This document shows positions 54,140-64,000 of a stretch of 64,000 nucleotides of DNA, in pieces (the first letter of the stretch is position 1; the number at the start of each line of letters is the position of its first letter). Under the pieces are notes generated by a model that saw nothing but the letters and a program-made list of their open reading frames with translations, searched no databases and was not told the DNA's origin. The DNA comes from Flaccisagitta enflata (Eukaryota): positions 42,284,001 through 42,348,000 of the forward strand of contig OZ231126.1 in assembly GCA_965153355.1 (NCBI GenBank), given 5' to 3'. The position numbers were made by a program, and so were the translations under genes.

Positions 54140-55004
54140 TCGCACACTAACAACTTGGAAGGCCGTGGCAACATGAGTGTGGGATTGACGAGCGATTTCA
54201 AATTCACAACGCACCCAAAATGCTTACTTAGCTTTAGTGATGTAGCAACCAAAACGTGCAGTTCTTTTTTTTTTTACAAGGTTTTTGTCTCCGTTCGCTT
54301 GTGGGGTTCTATATAACAACGAGCTCTTTAGTAATGGAAAGTGTCATCGAGTTGGCCGACAAAGAACGACTAGCCACGGTGCGATTAGCTTACATCCCGA
54401 CATTAAAGGATGAAAAGGTCTTATCTCAAAGATTTAAGATGTGGAAAAATTATTTTGCTTTTTTTATCGTTATGTGTTTTACAGTGATTTCACGCTCAAA
54501 GGAGAAATCTGTATAGTTTTTTAGTCGCGTGCTACGCGAAACTACACCCCGCTTAGTCCGTCGGTCGGTCGGTTGGTTGGTTGGTCGGTCAGTCAGTCGG
54601 TCCCCATTTTATTTTTTTTTTGTTTTTGCGGTCTTTGGCCTCACTGCACTTGCCCAAGTGCTTTAATAACTGCCCCTGCCCACCCGCACGCGACTAAGGT
54701 AGCCGTGTATCCGGCCTTGTTTAATGAATAAACCACAATTATCAGGATTTTTAAATGCGTCCTCGCATCTCCATAATAGGCTGTGTCCGTTGGTCGGTTG
54801 GTCGGTTGGTTGGTTGGTTGGTAACGCATTCATTAAAAACATCAAAATCAAGCATTTTTTCAGCAGAAAAGTGGTTCTACCCCAATAAAAGAAGCATATA
54901 TCCAGTAATTCATTCATTCAATCATTCACAAATAACATTCATTCATAAAAAAAACATTCATTCATTCATAAAAAACGTTCATTCAAAGAGGACGCATCGT
55001 TGGT

Positions 55005-55907
55005 AAAAAATCTCAGGATTATGTCAAAGTTGGGGGATTTTACCGTCCATCCCGTAGTAGACCAATTTTGACCCAAGGAATCCAAATCTGCAGTCAGAAA
55101 TGGTCTCAGGTCAATATTTCGATAGGCTACGGCTACATTTCTCAGGTCAAAATACTATATAAGGTCAAATTTTCAAAATTGGAAATTTGTCAATCTGATG
55201 GCAGATTCCAAATCCTTGGAAAAAACTATAAAAAGAAAGTGTCTTTCTTTTTTTGAAATTTTGATTGGAACATAGTCAAAATTAGTGTTAAACATCCAAA
55301 ATAGAGTAAAATTGCTCTTTTGTCTAAATTCGGCTTAATTTTAATAGATAATGTTAATTTTGACTATGTTCTAATCAAAATTTTGAAAAAAGAAAGACAC
55401 TTTCTTCACACAGTTTTTTGCAAGGATTTTGAATCTGCAATCAGATTGACAAATTTCTAATTTTGAAAATTTGACCTTATATAGTATCATAGGAGAATTC
55501 TCAGAACACTTGTTGCTTAGGTGAAGCTTATATTGTCTTAGTCTTAGCCAGATTCGATTTTTTTTTCAAGATCATTTTTTTGTTGATTGAAATTTATTAA
55601 AGTCTGTCACTCCTTAGGCTGAGAAGAGAAAAAAATACTCTACTGGAATCCTCATTGGATAACCCATTCAGATAAGTATTTTGACCAGCCAAAGCAGGAA
55701 AAGAAATTAATCAAAGGTAAATAAAACAATTAAAAGGGTGAGGTTCATTATTTCAGATGTTTGACCTGAGAAATATGGCTGTAGCCTATCAAAATATTGA
55801 CCTGAGACCATTTTTGACCGCAGATTTGGATTCCTGGGGTCAAAATTGGTCAAGAATGGGATGGACGGTAAAATCCCACAATTTTGACATAATCCTGAGA
55901 TTTTTTA
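55005..55907. mobile_element. Foldback element (a short related copy lies at about 48845-49020)
   Basis: TIR aaaaaatctcaggattatgtcaaa / ttttgacataatcctgagatttttt with nested internal inverted repeats. Confidence 0.7.
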
Positions 55908-56153
55908 GCATCGTTGGCCTACTTTGCTTGTTTCCTTAAGCGTGAAAGCACTACTAAAGTGTTTCGACTGCCGACGTATCTAGTCGCTTGATAAGGGACT
56001 CTATAGGAGGGTGTCTCCCTCGGTAAGATTGAAGGAAGGTCTACACGCGATCATCCGAATGACGAGTAATCGGCTAAAATAGCGAATTTTTTAGCATCAC
56101 GTTCCCTGCCCACCCACATTCCAGCCCTCGCCGTCCCACCCACAGCCCCTGCA

Positions 56154-56964
56154 CAATGGTTTCAGAGACCCACAGCTAAAGAAATAACCCACACCCACCC
56201 TCAAACCAACCAAAATCACCCCCAAAAGTCACCATTCACCTACACAATGGTTTCAGAGACCCACAGCTAAAGAAATAACCCACACCCACCCTCAAACCAA
56301 CCAAAATCACCCCCAAAAGTCACCATTCACCTACACAATGGTTTCAGAGACCCACAGCTAAAGAAATAACCCACAACCACCCTCAAACCAACCAAAATCA
56401 CCCCAAAAGTCACCATTCACCTACACAATGGTTTCAGAGACCCACAGCTAAAGAAATAACCCACACCCACCCTCAAACCAACCAAAATCACCCCCAAAAG
56501 TCACCATTCACCTACACAATGGTTTCAGAGACCCACAGCTAAAGAAATAACCCACAACCACCCTCAAACCAACCAAAATCACCCCAAAAGTCACCATTCA
56601 CCTACACAATGGTTTCAGAGACCCACAGCTAAAGAAATAACCCACACCCACCGTCAAACCAACCAAAATCACCCCCAAAAGTCACCATTCACCTACACAA
56701 TGGTTTCAGAGACCCACAGCTAAAGAAATAACCCACACCCACCCTCAAACCAACCAAAATCACCCCCAAAAGTCACCATTCACCTACACAATGGTTTCAG
56801 AGACCCACAGCTAAAGAAATAACCCACACCCACCCTCAAACCAACCAAAATCACCCCCAAAAGTCACCATTCACCTACACAATGGTTTCATAGACCCACA
56901 GCTAAAGAAATAACCCACACCCACCCTCAAACCAAAATCACCCCCAAAAGTCACCATTCACCTA
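56154..56964. repeat. 91-bp tandem satellite, about 9 near-identical copies
   Basis: Unit caatggtttcagagacccacagctaaagaaataacccacacccaccctcaaaccaaccaaaatcacccccaaaagtcaccattcacctaca, with 1-4 nt indel variants. Confidence 0.95.
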
Positions 56965-58486
56965 TGCCCTGCCCATCCGCATTACTGCAAGCGTCTACTT
57001 ATTGGCCGCGTGTCCGCCGTCCGGCCCATTTTTCCTGATTCATTAATACCAGATTGCCAAACAAGTTCTCCTATTAACTTACCTTTACCCATATCTCATG
57101 TTATGAGGCTCGTGGTATTTTCATTACGGTATTCAAATTCAATTTCACTACACTTACGCTCTCCTCGCCATCCGTTCTTCTGGACATTTAATATCCTCCG
57201 GACGACAGGTACTATTAATACTCGTATCAAGGCTCAAATTTTATTCCATCCGTATGTGAAACGTCGGGTGCTAATCAACTTACATCTTCCACCGCGCCGT
57301 CGTACCTCAATCCTGTACAAATAGTAGGCTAGCCACGCAACATGTAATTCTCATCTTTCCTTGAAACCGCGCTACATCTCAGACGGTCAATCAACTTTTT
57401 TCCCCTTCATTTTTCATTTTACATGTTACAATAATTCCAACAACCTATTGATCTTCATTTTGCATTCTTCCATGAAACGATATTTCCCATTTGCATTAGA
57501 GTTATGAAACTGGCACTAGGTTTTTCGGAGGCCTTTCAAGCAGAGGTTAGTGAGACTAGTGCGAGTGCCATATTCAAAGTCATGGCAGAAAAGGTTAATA
57601 CAAGGCCAAGCTAGCCAATCCTCATGGTTACATATTGATTGCGTTTGTGAAGGCCTTCCATAACATATTAGAATTTATGCTGTGAAAGAGAAACCGTATA
57701 AGAAAAATAAATCAATTCAATTTGCCATATCCATGATCAAATGACCAACCAATCGACATGCATGCCTCTTATATAGAGATGCGAGGACATATCTAGAAAA
57801 AGTTGATCCTCTTTTTAGTCGCGTGCACGCGACTCTACAACCTGCTCTGTCGGTCCGTCCGTCCGTCGGTCTGTCCGTCGGTCCGTCGGTCCGTCACACT
57901 TTACTTTTTTATTATACTTTAAGTTGTTTCTAGTCATTCTAAGTCATTCTAAGTCATTCTAAGTTATTTTAAGTTATTTTTAGTCACTTAAGTCAAATAG
58001 GTCAAAGTAGTCATTTCAGTCATTTTAGATCTTTTTAAGTCGTCTTGAGTCATTTTAAGTCATCTTGAGTCAATAAAAGTCATCTTAAGTTATTTATGTC
58101 TCGCACGCGACTTATAGGTGTTGGCCTTGTTTTAAGTCAAATGGCATTCCTCGCCTACCATCACACAATGGCAGCCCAATCCTACTTCATTACATTTCAG
58201 ACGCGGGTCAAATTTTCTGCCATGACTCACCATTCGGTGTACTAGCTTTTTTGTTTTAGCGTAGTCTCGCGAAAGTCCATTCTATCGCCATAAGAGAGCC
58301 AAATACATGTATTTTTCTATGTGTTTGTTTTTCTGTTCAGTAAATATACCATTCCTTGTTCTAAGAAACTTTTTATTCATTCCGTTGAACAAAACAGAAA
58401 CTACTTGGTTTGCAGGCCAATTTATGAAGTTAAAAACTAACAAACGGACAGACGAAACGATCCTCGGACGCGTGCAGAACTAGTTA

Positions 58487-58990
58487 CAGTAGATGTCTAG
58501 ACTTGGAAATACGGGGGAGCTCATAACCTGAGTATCAGTATAGTGAGGAGGCTGATTTTTTGCTGATATAATATATAGACCCTAAGGGGTTGACGATGGG
58601 GTATTGCATCCCCCTACGGCTTACCCTAGCAAAAAAACTTTAGGTATAAAATTTAAGGATCAATCACTTTTTTTGCAGAATTTCAGCTTCATCCATTTGC
58701 TTTGAGTGCAAAACCAGTGAGGGATTCCAACCTGGAATCTTTGACCAAATAAACTGATCAAGCTGAACCTGAAGTCAAGTGAGTTAACCACTTGACCAAT
58801 CCCAGAATCTGATTCATTGAAGCGAATTTGATTTAGTAAATTCAAAAGAATTTCCTATTAACAGAGCTACCATACCCCATCGTCAACCCTATGGGACAAA
58901 CATTATACACAAAGAGATTCATTTCATTTGCATAAATGATAATTAGAATATGAGGGCCCCCGTATTTCCAAGTATAGACGACATCTACTG
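58487..58990. mobile_element. Tc1/mariner-type MITE of the same TIR family as 51398-52177 but with a different interior
   Basis: cagtagatgtctagacttggaaatacggggg...cccccgtatttccaagtatagacgacatctactg; TA flanks. Confidence 0.8.
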
Positions 58991-59327
58991 TAAGTGTTTG
59001 GAATCTAATATCTCGCATGGCCAATACGCAGCATCATGCCACTACTCAATTCATTGGGCCTCTCCCAAGACATCTAATTCAGTCAAGCCGCCTAAAAAAG
59101 AACAAAAAAGTTTGTAGAGATTCGCGATCTATTTGTAGAGGAAGTAAAAAAAAAGAGAAATCTCCAATATTTTTATGACAGTTGATCTGATCTTCTCAGA
59201 ACAAAAAGCGATATTAATAAAGAAAAAAAAAAGGGGGGGGGAGGGGGAGGAAAGAGGAGGAAAACAAGGTAGCAAAAGCAAAAATAAGAAAACAGCGATG
59301 CAATATGAAAATATCGTAATCATGGTG

Positions 59328-63977
<4,650 letters not shown>

Positions 63978-64000
63978 GATGACAGCGTTTCTTCTTCTTG

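Noticed and set aside
56154-56964. CRISPR-like array
   Set aside because: Head-to-tail near-identical 91-bp units with no unique spacers and no cas genes, in a eukaryotic context.

Overview
AT-rich, intron-containing animal (invertebrate-like) genomic DNA packed with microsatellites, MITE/foldback elements and Helentron-type (DINE-1/HINE-like) short elements. Three host loci can be reconstructed by hand. (1) A + strand DC-STAMP-family (DCST1/DCST2/Sneaky/SPE-42-like) locus at 4058-43976 with two complete, divergent 6-TM modules in tandem. The modules are joined by phase-compatible GT-AG splice sites into one 27-exon, 4500-nt ORF (1499 aa), although they can also be read as two genes only about 250 bp apart. 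(2) A small 4-exon orphan type-I membrane protein with GPR and GPGY repeats (49849-54139, +). (3) Rab30 (63977-59328, -). A degenerate 12-kb BEL/Pao LTR retrotransposon sits antisense in intron 12 of the DC-STAMP locus; it has mosaic LTRs and an extra non-env ORF. All gene models are manual splice-phase reconstructions with no transcript or database evidence.
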